Part shown: positions 38,766 through 46,939 of the stretch, in pieces
Layout: each line of letters begins with the position of its first letter
How positions within the stretch are numbered: position 1 is the stretch's first letter
Source of the DNA: Clostridiales bacterium
GTDB lineage: Bacteria > Bacillota > Clostridia > Christensenellales > CAG-138
DNA length: 64,000 nt
Assembly (NCBI GenBank): GCA_012517905.1
Contig: JAAYUE010000053.1
Location: 9,750-73,749 of the forward strand
Reading direction: 5' to 3'
Program-made: the position numbers and the translations under genes
The notes under the pieces: generated by a model
Told to the model about the DNA's origin: nothing
Databases searched by the model: none
Seen by the model: the letters and a program-made list of their open reading frames with translations, nothing else

Positions 38766-39131
38766 TCAACGCTTCTTTTGCGGAATGATTTCGATCCAGT
38801 ACCCGTCCGGATCCTCGAGAAAATAGATGCCCATGCCTTCGTTGACGAACACGACGGCGCCCATCTCTTCGTGCTTCTTTCTTGCGGCCTCCATATCCTC
38901 GGTCGCCAGCGCAAGATGGTACTCCTGCTCGCCGAGGTCATAGGGCTCGGTTCGGTCCTTCAGATAGGTCAGTTCGAGGGAAAACGTATCCGTTCCGTCG
39001 CCGAGAAATACAATCGTAAAATCGTCGTTGTCGATCGTACGCTTGGGTTTCAGTCCGAGCGCCTCGTCGTAAAACGCAAGGCTTTTATTCAGATCTCTCA
39101 CGTTAAAATTAAAATGATTGAAGCTGAACAT
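38766..39131 (-). CDS. VOC/glyoxalase-family protein
   Basis: ORF 38766..39140. The second ATG (39131) has AAGGAG 9 nt upstream. Reads MFSFNHFNFNVRDLNKSLAFY. Confidence 0.85.
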   Translation of the reverse strand: MFSFNHFNFNVRDLNKSLAFYDEALGLKPKRTIDNDDFTIVFLGDGTDTFSLELTYLKDRTEPYDLGEQEYHLALATEDMEAARKKHEEMGAVVFVNEGMGIYFLEDPDGYWIEIIPQKKR

Positions 39132-39394
39132 GGTCTGCATCTCCTTTTGGGTTTTTATACCTCATTATAGCAGATATTCCTGTTTTACGCAGCAAAGCGA
39201 AACGCGCGGTTTGCCCGCCGCGCCCGCCGGACACAGACGCCGGATCGTACCCTGTTTCCTCCGATTCGGCGAAACAGGCCGTCAAGTCGGAGTTTTCTGA
39301 CGATTATTCGACAGACGCTGGACGAATTGCGGCTTATTTTTCGCTCGTCCAAAAAAACATGGTATATTATATGAACTTAAACATATATAATATA

Positions 39395-39423
39395 TTGACA
39401 ATGCTTCTTTCATTCTTTATAAT
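39395..39423 (+). promoter_or_regulatory. Consensus sigma-70/SigA-type promoter
   Basis: TTGACA (39395..39400), 17-nt spacer, TATAAT (39418..39423), about 80 nt upstream of the binding-protein ATG. Confidence 0.6.
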
Positions 39424-39502
39424 CATGCATAACACAATGGCGTGTGATTATCAAAGGATGGTCATACCCATTTTTGTTATTATCGAAGGAGGAAATCAAA
39501 TA

Positions 39503-40732
39503 ATGAGGAAACTTCTTAGTTTACTGCTCGTTCTCGCGCTTGCGTTCAGCCTTGTCGCCTGCGCAGGCGGCACTGCCCCGGCGGCAACCGAAGCCCCCGC
39601 TGCCGATGCAGCCGCTACGGAAGCGCCGGCTGAAGCGACCGGCGAAGGCATCACCCTCGGCGTCATTTCGCCGAACACCGGCGCGCTTGCGGTATACGGC
39701 GCAGCCGTGACCACCGCCGTCGATCTCGCGGTCAGCGAAATCAACGCATCCGGCGGCATCCTCGGCCAGCAGGTGACCGTCATCAACACCGACGACCAGT
39801 TTGATCCGGCCGAGACGCTCAACGCGTTCAACTCGCTCGTTTCTCAGGGTGTCGGCCTCATCGTCGGCTCCGTCACCTCGGGCTGCACCTCCGCCATCAC
39901 CAGCGCCGCCAACGAAGAAGGCGTCGTCCTGCTGACGCCGTCCGCGACGGCCGACAGCATCACGACCGCGAACGACTACGTCTTCCGTGCCTGCTACGCG
40001 GACAGCTTCCAGGGCGCCATCGCGGCCTACTATGCCAAAGAAGCCGGTTATGCCGACGTCGGCGTGGTCTACTGCGCGGCGGACACCTACTCCAAGGGCC
40101 TCTACGACTCGTTCGCGGCTGCCGCCGCGACCTACGGCCTGAACATCAAAGCCGTCGAGTCCACCGCCTCTCTGGACGTGCAGGATTACACCAACCAGTT
40201 TGCCTCCATGGCGAGCTCGGGCGTTCAGTTTGTCTACGCGCCGTACTACTATGATGTCATCGGCCCGTACATCGTCACCCAGGCCCGTGCAGCCGGCTAC
40301 ACCGGCATCATCATGGGCGCCGACGGTTACGACGGCACGCCGGACTACGTCGTCGAGGGCGCGGATCTGACCGCCTTCAACAACGTCTACTGGACCAACC
40401 ACTACGATCCGACCGACACCGACCCGATGGTTCAGTCGTTCGTCGCGGCCTACCAGGCGATGTTCAACTCCACGCCGAACGCGATCTCCGCGCTTGCATA
40501 TGACGCCGTCTATATGTACAAGCTCGCGATCGAAAAGGCCGGTTCCGCCGATCCGGCAGCCGTCCGCGATGCGCTCGCCGATCCTTCGACCACCTTCAGC
40601 GGCGTCACGGGTACGTTCGCATTCAACAGCGAGACCGGCACGCCTTCCAAGGGCGCCGTCATCCTCTCGTTTGCATCGGATGGCACCTCCGTGACCACGA
40701 AACTGGTCGACGTTATCAAAGAGCTCAAATAA
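39503..40732 (+). CDS. Branched-chain amino-acid type ABC substrate-binding lipoprotein (LivJ-like)
   Basis: ORF 39359..40732. ATG 39503 has AAGGAGG upstream. Lipobox LVAC. Confidence 0.9.
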   Translation: MRKLLSLLLVLALAFSLVACAGGTAPAATEAPAADAAATEAPAEATGEGITLGVISPNTGALAVYGAAVTTAVDLAVSEINASGGILGQQVTVINTDDQFDPAETLNAFNSLVSQGVGLIVGSVTSGCTSAITSAANEEGVVLLTPSATADSITTANDYVFRACYADSFQGAIAAYYAKEAGYADVGVVYCAADTYSKGLYDSFAAAAATYGLNIKAVESTASLDVQDYTNQFASMASSGVQFVYAPYYYDVIGPYIVTQARAAGYTGIIMGADGYDGTPDYVVEGADLTAFNNVYWTNHYDPTDTDPMVQSFVAAYQAMFNSTPNAISALAYDAVYMYKLAIEKAGSADPAAVRDALADPSTTFSGVTGTFAFNSETGTPSKGAVILSFASDGTSVTTKLVDVIKELK

Positions 40733-40757
40733 CAGCTATTCGCAAAACGCTATATCA

Positions 40758-40795
40758 GGAAAAGGAGGCGAGGCTCGCGCCGCGTCTCCTTTTCC
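40758..40795 (+). other. Stem-loop after the binding-protein gene
   Basis: GGAAAAGGAG ... CTCCTTTTCC, 10-bp arms around a GC-rich insert. Confidence 0.55.
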
Positions 40796-40822
40796 GTTAA
40801 ATTCGAAAGGCGGAACGAACAA

Positions 40823-41719
40823 GTGAGCACATTTTTGCAAACACTGTTTGTCGGGCTGAGGCTCGGGAGCATCTATGCCCTCGTCGCGCTCGGCTACACC
40901 ATGGTCTACGGCATCATCCGGCTGATCAACTTTGCCCACGGCGATTTTATCATGGTCGGCGGTTATACGATGATCTTCACGATTCCCGTGATGGTCGCGC
41001 TCGGCCTGCCCGGCTGGGCCTCGGTTTTTATCGCGATTCTGGTATGCGCCGCCGTCGGCATGTCGACGGAACTTGTCGCGTACCGCCCGGTCCGCAAAAA
41101 GGGCACTGCGATGACGGCGCTCATCACGGCTATCGCGGTGAGCCTTCTGCTGGAAAACCTCGCGCAGGCCATCCCCCAGATCGGCCCGAACCCCAAGGTC
41201 GCAAGCCAGATTTTCATCGCAGGCGGCGTGAAGATTGCAAACGTCACGCTGGACTGGACGACGATGCTCACCATCGGCATCAGCGTCGTCGTCATGATCG
41301 GACTCTATCAATTCACTCAGAAAACAAGGATCGGCCGCGCGATGCGCTGCGTCTCCGAAGATAAGTCAGCTTCCATCCTGATGGGCATCAACGTCAACCG
41401 CACCATCGTGACGACGTTTGCCATCGGCTCCAGCCTCTCCGCGATCGCCGCCCTGATGTATATCGCCCAGTACCCCAAGGTCTATACGACCATGGGCGCG
41501 ATGCTGGGCCTCAAGGCCTTTGTTGCAGCCGTGCTCGGCGGCATCGGCATCATCCCCGGCGCCATGTTCGGCGGCTTTGTCATCGGTCTTGTCGAATCGT
41601 TCACCACCAGCTATGTCAGCTCGAGCATGGCGGACGCGTTCGTGTTCCTCATCCTCATCATCGTGCTGATCATCAAGCCCGCCGGCATCCTCGGAAAGAA
41701 TATTGGTGAAAAAGTATGA
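40823..41719 (+). CDS. ABC permease, LivH-like
   Basis: 298-aa ORF with a GTG start. Reads LGSIYALVALGYTMVYG. Confidence 0.9.
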   Translation: MSTFLQTLFVGLRLGSIYALVALGYTMVYGIIRLINFAHGDFIMVGGYTMIFTIPVMVALGLPGWASVFIAILVCAAVGMSTELVAYRPVRKKGTAMTALITAIAVSLLLENLAQAIPQIGPNPKVASQIFIAGGVKIANVTLDWTTMLTIGISVVVMIGLYQFTQKTRIGRAMRCVSEDKSASILMGINVNRTIVTTFAIGSSLSAIAALMYIAQYPKVYTTMGAMLGLKAFVAAVLGGIGIIPGAMFGGFVIGLVESFTTSYVSSSMADAFVFLILIIVLIIKPAGILGKNIGEKV

Positions 41720-42867
41720 TTAAAAACAGAACCGCTCAGGGATATCTGCTCAATACGGTCGTGATTGCGGTGCTGCTGATCGGCTTTGCTTTCTTCAAGG
41801 GAGCCCTTGGAGGCGGCGGCGAATTCAAGCTCATCATTGTGCCAAGCATCTGGCAGTGCTGCTATCTGATCATCCTCGCCGCGTCGCTCAACCTCTCGCT
41901 TGGCTTTTTAGGCCAGCTCTCGCTCGGGCACTGCGGCTTCATGGCGGTCGGCGCCTACGCCGCCGCGCTGCTCTCGCTTGCGGCGGAACGCGCGGGCGTG
42001 TTCGAGGACAAGAGCGGCACGGCGTTTCTGCTCGTGCTGGCCGGCTGCATCATCGCCGCGGGCATCCTGGCTGCGATCGTGGGCCTGCTCGTCGGCATTC
42101 CGGCGCTGCGGCTCAAGGGCGACTATCTCGCCATCATCACGCTGGGATTCGGCATGATCATCGTCAACATCATCAACAACCTCCCCTTTGCCGGACAGGA
42201 GGGCCTTGCGCTCGGTTCCGCCTCCGCCTCGCTCTACAAAAACGGTCTGGGGTTCGGCACCGCGCTGAAAGTCACCTACATCTGGGTGGCGATCGCCGTC
42301 ACGCTGGTCTGCCTTGTGATGATGTTCATGTTCGTGCGCTCCAAATACGGCCGCGCGATCCGCGCCATCCGGGACGACGAGATCGCCGCCTCCGCCTCCG
42401 GCATCAACACCTCCTATTACAAGACGTTCACGTTCGCCTATTCCGCGTTTTTCGCGGGCGTTGCGGGCGCGCTGTATGCCTGCGCCAATGCGACGCTCTC
42501 CACATCGTCGTTCGCGTTTGCCAACGGCGGCATCCTGAACTCCACCTTCGTCGTCGTCATGGTCGTGCTCGGCGGCATGGGCTCGCTCACCGGCTCCATC
42601 GTCGCGGCGGTCATCATGTTTCTCGTCAATTACCAGATCAAAAACGGCGTGTGGGTGCAGCACCTGCCGGCGTGGCTGCAGAACATCTTCAGTTTTCCGA
42701 TGCTGGTCTACGCCGTCATTCTGATCATCGTGATCATGTTCCGGCCGAAGGGCATCTTCGGCAGCTATGAGCTGTCGCTGCGCAATTTCTTCTCGGATAT
42801 CAAGCTGCAACGCCAGAACCGGCTGGCCCAGAAACTCGAGAGCAAGGAGGCGCTGCGCAATGGCTGA
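41716..42867 (+). CDS. ABC permease, LivM-like
   Basis: 383-aa ORF. ATGA overlap with the upstream gene. Confidence 0.9.
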   Translation: MIKNRTAQGYLLNTVVIAVLLIGFAFFKGALGGGGEFKLIIVPSIWQCCYLIILAASLNLSLGFLGQLSLGHCGFMAVGAYAAALLSLAAERAGVFEDKSGTAFLLVLAGCIIAAGILAAIVGLLVGIPALRLKGDYLAIITLGFGMIIVNIINNLPFAGQEGLALGSASASLYKNGLGFGTALKVTYIWVAIAVTLVCLVMMFMFVRSKYGRAIRAIRDDEIAASASGINTSYYKTFTFAYSAFFAGVAGALYACANATLSTSSFAFANGGILNSTFVVVMVVLGGMGSLTGSIVAAVIMFLVNYQIKNGVWVQHLPAWLQNIFSFPMLVYAVILIIVIMFRPKGIFGSYELSLRNFFSDIKLQRQNRLAQKLESKEALRNG

Positions 42868-43633
42868 GGAACGAATCCCCGTACTCGAAACGCGCAAGCT
42901 CGGCATTACGTTTGGCGGACTGGTCGCCGTTTCGGACTTCAACATCAAGGTGTTCCGCGGCGAACTCGTCGGCCTGATCGGCCCCAACGGCGCGGGCAAG
43001 ACGACGGTGTTCAACATGCTCACGGGCGTGTATAAACCGACGGAAGGCTCCGTCCTGCTCGAAGGCGAGGTGCTCAACGGCAAGAAGACGCACCAGTTCG
43101 TGGCCGCCGGCATCGCGCGCACCTTTCAGAACATCCGCCTCTTCAAGCAGATGACGGTGCTCGAAAACGTGCTGGCCGCGTTCACGAAGGACATCAAATA
43201 CGGCATGATCGAGACGCTGTTTCGCACGCCGAAATTCTGGAAAACGGAAAAAGAGCTCAAGGAAAAGGCGCTCGATCTGCTCTCCATCTTCCATCTGGAG
43301 GACAAGGCGGAGTATGTCGCGGCAAACCTTCCGTACGGCCAGCAAAGAAAGCTGGAGATCGCCCGCGCGCTTGCGACGGACATGAAGCTCCTGCTGCTGG
43401 ACGAGCCCGCCGCCGGCATGAACCCGACGGAGACCACCGAACTGCTCGAATGTATCAACGCCATTCGAAACCGCTTCGGCATCGCGATTTTGCTCATCGA
43501 GCACGATATGTCCCTCGTGATGAACATCTGCGAACGTATACAGGTCATCGATTACGGCATCACCATCGCCGAAGGCCTGCCCGAAGAGATCGCGAAAAAC
43601 CCGAAGGTCATCGCGGCCTATCTGGGGCAATAG
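42860..43633 (+). CDS. ABC ATP-binding protein, LivG-like
   Basis: ORF 42767..43633. ATG 42860 has AAGGAGG 9 nt upstream. Walker A GPNGAGKTT. Confidence 0.92.
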   Translation: MAEERIPVLETRKLGITFGGLVAVSDFNIKVFRGELVGLIGPNGAGKTTVFNMLTGVYKPTEGSVLLEGEVLNGKKTHQFVAAGIARTFQNIRLFKQMTVLENVLAAFTKDIKYGMIETLFRTPKFWKTEKELKEKALDLLSIFHLEDKAEYVAANLPYGQQRKLEIARALATDMKLLLLDEPAAGMNPTETTELLECINAIRNRFGIAILLIEHDMSLVMNICERIQVIDYGITIAEGLPEEIAKNPKVIAAYLGQ

Positions 43634-43643
43634 GAGGCAGCGC

Positions 43644-44348
43644 ATGCTAGAAATTAAGGATATTCACGTTTATTACGGCGCAATCCACGCCATCAAGGGC
43701 ATCACGATCACCGTCAACGACGGCGAACTCGTCTCCCTCGTCGGCGCAAACGGCGCGGGCAAAACCACCATCCTGCATACGATTTCGGGGCTGCTGCACG
43801 CATCCCGCGGCGAAATCCTGCTCGACGGCAAAAACCTGCAAAAAGTGCCAGCAAACACCATCATCAACCTGGGTCTAGCGCATGTTCCGGAAGGCCGCCA
43901 TGTGTTTTCGCGCATGACCGTAGAGGAAAACCTGCGCATGGGGGCGTATATTATCAATGACGCAAAGTGCATCAGCGACAGCCTGGAGCGCGTGTATCAT
44001 CACTTTCCGCGCCTCAAGGAACGCGCCCGCCAGCTCGGCGGCACGCTCTCCGGCGGCGAGCAGCAGATGCTTGCGACCGGCCGCGCGTTGATGACCAACC
44101 CCAAGATCCTGCTCATGGACGAGCCCTCCATGGGACTCTCGCCGATCCTCGTCAACGAGATCTTCACCATCATCGATCAGCTGCACAACAGCGGCATCAC
44201 GATCCTGCTCGTCGAGCAGAACGCGAAAAAGGCGCTCGCCGTCGCGGACCGCGCCTATGTGCTCGAGACGGGGAAGATCTCCATGCACGGCTCGGCCAAA
44301 GAGCTCGCGGAGGACGACCGCGTCCGCAAGGCGTATCTCGGCGCGTAA
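43644..44348 (+). CDS. ABC ATP-binding protein, LivF-like
   Basis: 234-aa ORF. Walker A GANGAGKTT, signature LSGGEQQML. Confidence 0.93.
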   Translation: MLEIKDIHVYYGAIHAIKGITITVNDGELVSLVGANGAGKTTILHTISGLLHASRGEILLDGKNLQKVPANTIINLGLAHVPEGRHVFSRMTVEENLRMGAYIINDAKCISDSLERVYHHFPRLKERARQLGGTLSGGEQQMLATGRALMTNPKILLMDEPSMGLSPILVNEIFTIIDQLHNSGITILLVEQNAKKALAVADRAYVLETGKISMHGSAKELAEDDRVRKAYLGA

Positions 44349-44378
44349 CGCACCCGACGGAAAGGAGACGGAATCTCG

Positions 44379-45005
44379 ATGGCACACCATGTAATCACGA
44401 TCGCACGCGAAAAAGGCAGCGGCGGTTACGACATCGCCAAAAGGCTCTCCGAAAAACTCAGCATCCCCTTCTACGACCGCAAACTGCTGCGCATCGCCTC
44501 GGACGTCAGCGGCATCAACGAACAGCTTTTCGGCGAGGTGGACGAGCGTCTCGGCAAGCACGAGATGCTGCGCGCCGCGCAAAAGGTGTATACGGGCGAG
44601 GTGCTGCCGCCGGACAGCGACAACTATACCTCCCAGCAAAATCTGTTTCAGTTTCAGGCCAAGATCATCGCGGAGCTGGCCGAGACGAGCAGCTGCATCA
44701 TCGTAGGCCGCTGCGCGGACCAGATTCTCAAAGGAAAGCCGTATTTGCTCCGCACATTTGTGCATGCGCCAATCGAAGCAAGGATTCAGCGCGTGGCGAC
44801 CTATTCGCTCGCGTGGACCGAAGCGGAGATCCGCAAATACATCTGCGACGAGGACAAAAACCGCGCGGACTACTATCGCTTTTACACCGGCGAGGACTGG
44901 CGGGACGCCGGACATTTCGACATCAGCCTCGACTCCGCCGCACTTGGCGAGGAGGGCTGTGCGGACCGGATCATTCAGGCCCTGCCGATCTTTACGCACG
45001 AATAA
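44379..45005 (+). CDS. Cytidylate-kinase-like family protein
   Basis: 208-aa ORF. Reads ITIAREKGSGGYDIAKRLSEKLSIPFYDR. Starts 30 nt after the livF-like gene. Confidence 0.75.
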   Translation: MAHHVITIAREKGSGGYDIAKRLSEKLSIPFYDRKLLRIASDVSGINEQLFGEVDERLGKHEMLRAAQKVYTGEVLPPDSDNYTSQQNLFQFQAKIIAELAETSSCIIVGRCADQILKGKPYLLRTFVHAPIEARIQRVATYSLAWTEAEIRKYICDEDKNRADYYRFYTGEDWRDAGHFDISLDSAALGEEGCADRIIQALPIFTHE

Positions 45006-45098
45006 CCGCCGGATCGGCCGGCGTCATGCAATGCCTGCGGCGCCGTCCGCAGGCATTGTTTATCCGGACAGCGAAACTTTTAACAGGCGGTAAATGAT

Positions 45099-45464
45099 AT
45101 GGAACTTCAGGTTCTTTCTCAGGCGTTCACAGTCTGTAAGCTCACCGGTTCATCCGGCGTGGATCCCCTGTGCGAGTTCTGTTTCCTCGGCAAAACGGAC
45201 GAGGAGCTTTCCCTCGTCTGCCCGACGGAGTATGTCCCTTCAGAAACGCTCGCGCGCGAGGACGGCTGGCGCGGTTTTCGCATCCGCGGCGTGCTGGACT
45301 TTTCGCTGGTCGGCATACTCGCCGGCATCGCCTCCCTCCTTGCCGAGCACGGCATCAGCATCTTTGCCGTTTCGACCTTCAACACGGACTATGTCTTCTC
45401 CAGGACGGCCGATTTCGACCGCGCCGTCTCGTGGCTTGGCGAAGCGGGATACCAGATCGTTTAG
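45099..45464 (+). CDS. ACT-domain protein
   Basis: 121-aa ORF. Reads GFRIRGVLDFSLVGILAGIASLLAEHGISIFAVSTFNTDY. Confidence 0.75.
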   Translation: MELQVLSQAFTVCKLTGSSGVDPLCEFCFLGKTDEELSLVCPTEYVPSETLAREDGWRGFRIRGVLDFSLVGILAGIASLLAEHGISIFAVSTFNTDYVFSRTADFDRAVSWLGEAGYQIV

Positions 45465-45483
45465 CCGGCTTGAAAACGGGCCG

Positions 45484-45527
45484 AAACAGGCGGGCGGGAA
45501 CGAATTCGTTCCCGCCCGCCTGTTTTT
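45484..45527. terminator. Bidirectional rho-independent terminator
   Basis: AAACAGGCGGGCGGGAACGAATTCGTTCCCGCCCGCCTGTTTTT, a long perfect stem. Confidence 0.9.
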
Positions 45528-45536
45528 ACAAACCCG

Positions 45537-46088
45537 CTAGTTATCGTAATAAATGATCATCGACAGCGTCGTTTCCAACGTTCCGGGATTCGCATAAGCG
45601 TGCGGCCGGTCAGAGCGGAAACGGATCGAGTCCCCCTCACGCAGCAAAAACGACTCGCCCCCCGCAACAACTTCCAGCTCGCCGGAAAATACCGTGAGAT
45701 ATTCTTCCGTATTGGCTAGATGCGCCTCCGCCTTCAGCGAGCCGCCCGGCGCGATGCGGATGCGGTAGGTTTCAAACAGCCGCCTGTCGTCGAAAGAAAA
45801 GCAGGGATAGTTGACGAATCGCCCCTCGTCCTCGAGAATCGGCACGGTCTCCCGCGCCGTCAGCACGGTCGGCTGTTCGTGCGACTGCTCGATGAGCGAG
45901 GAAAACGACACCTTGTAGCCGGTCGCGATTTTCCAGAGCACGGAGAGCGTCGGGTTCACGTCCCCGCGCTCAATCTGCGCCAGCATGCTGCGCGAAACGC
46001 CGGTTTCCTTTGCCGCCATGTCCAGCGTCAGTTTCTTTCGTTCGCGAATTCGTTTGGTGTTTTTCGATACCGCCGTGTTGATATCCAT
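45537..46088 (-). CDS. XRE-family HTH regulator with a C-terminal cupin domain
   Basis: 183-aa ORF. HTH LTLDMAAKETGVSRSMLAQIERGDVNPTLSVL. GAAGGAAG RBS. Confidence 0.9.
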   Translation of the reverse strand: MDINTAVSKNTKRIRERKKLTLDMAAKETGVSRSMLAQIERGDVNPTLSVLWKIATGYKVSFSSLIEQSHEQPTVLTARETVPILEDEGRFVNYPCFSFDDRRLFETYRIRIAPGGSLKAEAHLANTEEYLTVFSGELEVVAGGESFLLREGDSIRFRSDRPHAYANPGTLETTLSMIIYYDN

Positions 46089-46107
46089 TCGGCTTCCTTC
46101 TTTTCTG

Positions 46108-46143
46108 TTGACAATATATAAAACGAATAGTACGATATATTGT
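46108..46143 (+). promoter_or_regulatory. Putative promoter for the LysE-family gene, overlapped by an inverted repeat
   Basis: TTGACA (46108..46113), 17 nt, TACGAT (46131..46136). Inverted repeat arms ACAATATAT (46111..46119) and ATATATTGT (46135..46143). Confidence 0.4.
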
Positions 46144-46202
46144 ATTCCCGTATATTGTACTTTTGTTTTATTATATCAGCGAAGACGGAGGATTTCAAGA
46201 TC

Positions 46203-46784
46203 GTGTTTCCATGGGTTTCGTTCATCACCTATATCGTAGTGACCGCGGTGACGCCGGGTCCGAACAACATCATGTCCATGTCCAACGCCAGCCGCGTCGG
46301 GTTTCGGCGCGCGGTGCCCTTCAATCTTGGCATATGGTCGGGGTTTACGCTCGTCACGCTTTCCAGCGCCGCGTTTTGCAGCCTGCTTTCCTCCGTTCTG
46401 CCCGCAATCGAGCTGCCGATGAAGATCGTCGGCGCGGCGTACATGGTTTTTCTGGCTTATAAAACGTTCAGGAGCAAGCCTGCCGAGGAAGGCGCGTCCG
46501 TAAACAACAGCTTCTGGTCCGGCCTGCTGCTGCAGTTCGTCAACCCCAAAATCATCATATACGCGATCGTATCGATGGAGGCGTACATTCTGCCGCACTT
46601 TTTCGGACAGACGACGGTTCTGGCCTTGTTTGCGCTGCTGCTCTCCACGGTAGGGTTCCTGTGTTCCCTGTGCTGGGCTGCGTTCGGCTCCGCGTTTCGA
46701 ACGCTGTTTACCCGCCACGCCCGTGTCACCAACGCCATAATGGCGCTTGCGCTTGTTTACTGCGCGGGTGCTTTGTTCCTCTGA
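46203..46784 (+). CDS. LysE/RhtB-family amino-acid exporter
   Basis: ORF 46140..46784 begins with TTG. GTG 46203 has GGAGGA 10 nt upstream. Reads TAVTPGPNN. About 193 aa, multi-TM. Confidence 0.82.
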   Translation: MFPWVSFITYIVVTAVTPGPNNIMSMSNASRVGFRRAVPFNLGIWSGFTLVTLSSAAFCSLLSSVLPAIELPMKIVGAAYMVFLAYKTFRSKPAEEGASVNNSFWSGLLLQFVNPKIIIYAIVSMEAYILPHFFGQTTVLALFALLLSTVGFLCSLCWAAFGSAFRTLFTRHARVTNAIMALALVYCAGALFL

Positions 46785-46883
46785 AGCATAGCCGCCCGGC
46801 AACGAATCCCCTGCCTGCATCGGATTTCTCGGATCGATAGGACAAGTCGGGCTGATTGAAGCACGATCCGATTCTTTCCAGAC

Positions 46884-46921
46884 AAACAGGAGCTCCGCCG
46901 GTACCGGCGGAGCTCCTGTTT
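46884..46921. terminator. Bidirectional rho-independent terminator
   Basis: AAACAGGAGCTCCGCCGGTACCGGCGGAGCTCCTGTTT between convergent genes. Confidence 0.88.
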
Positions 46922-46939
46922 GATTTCAATTCTTCGTCT

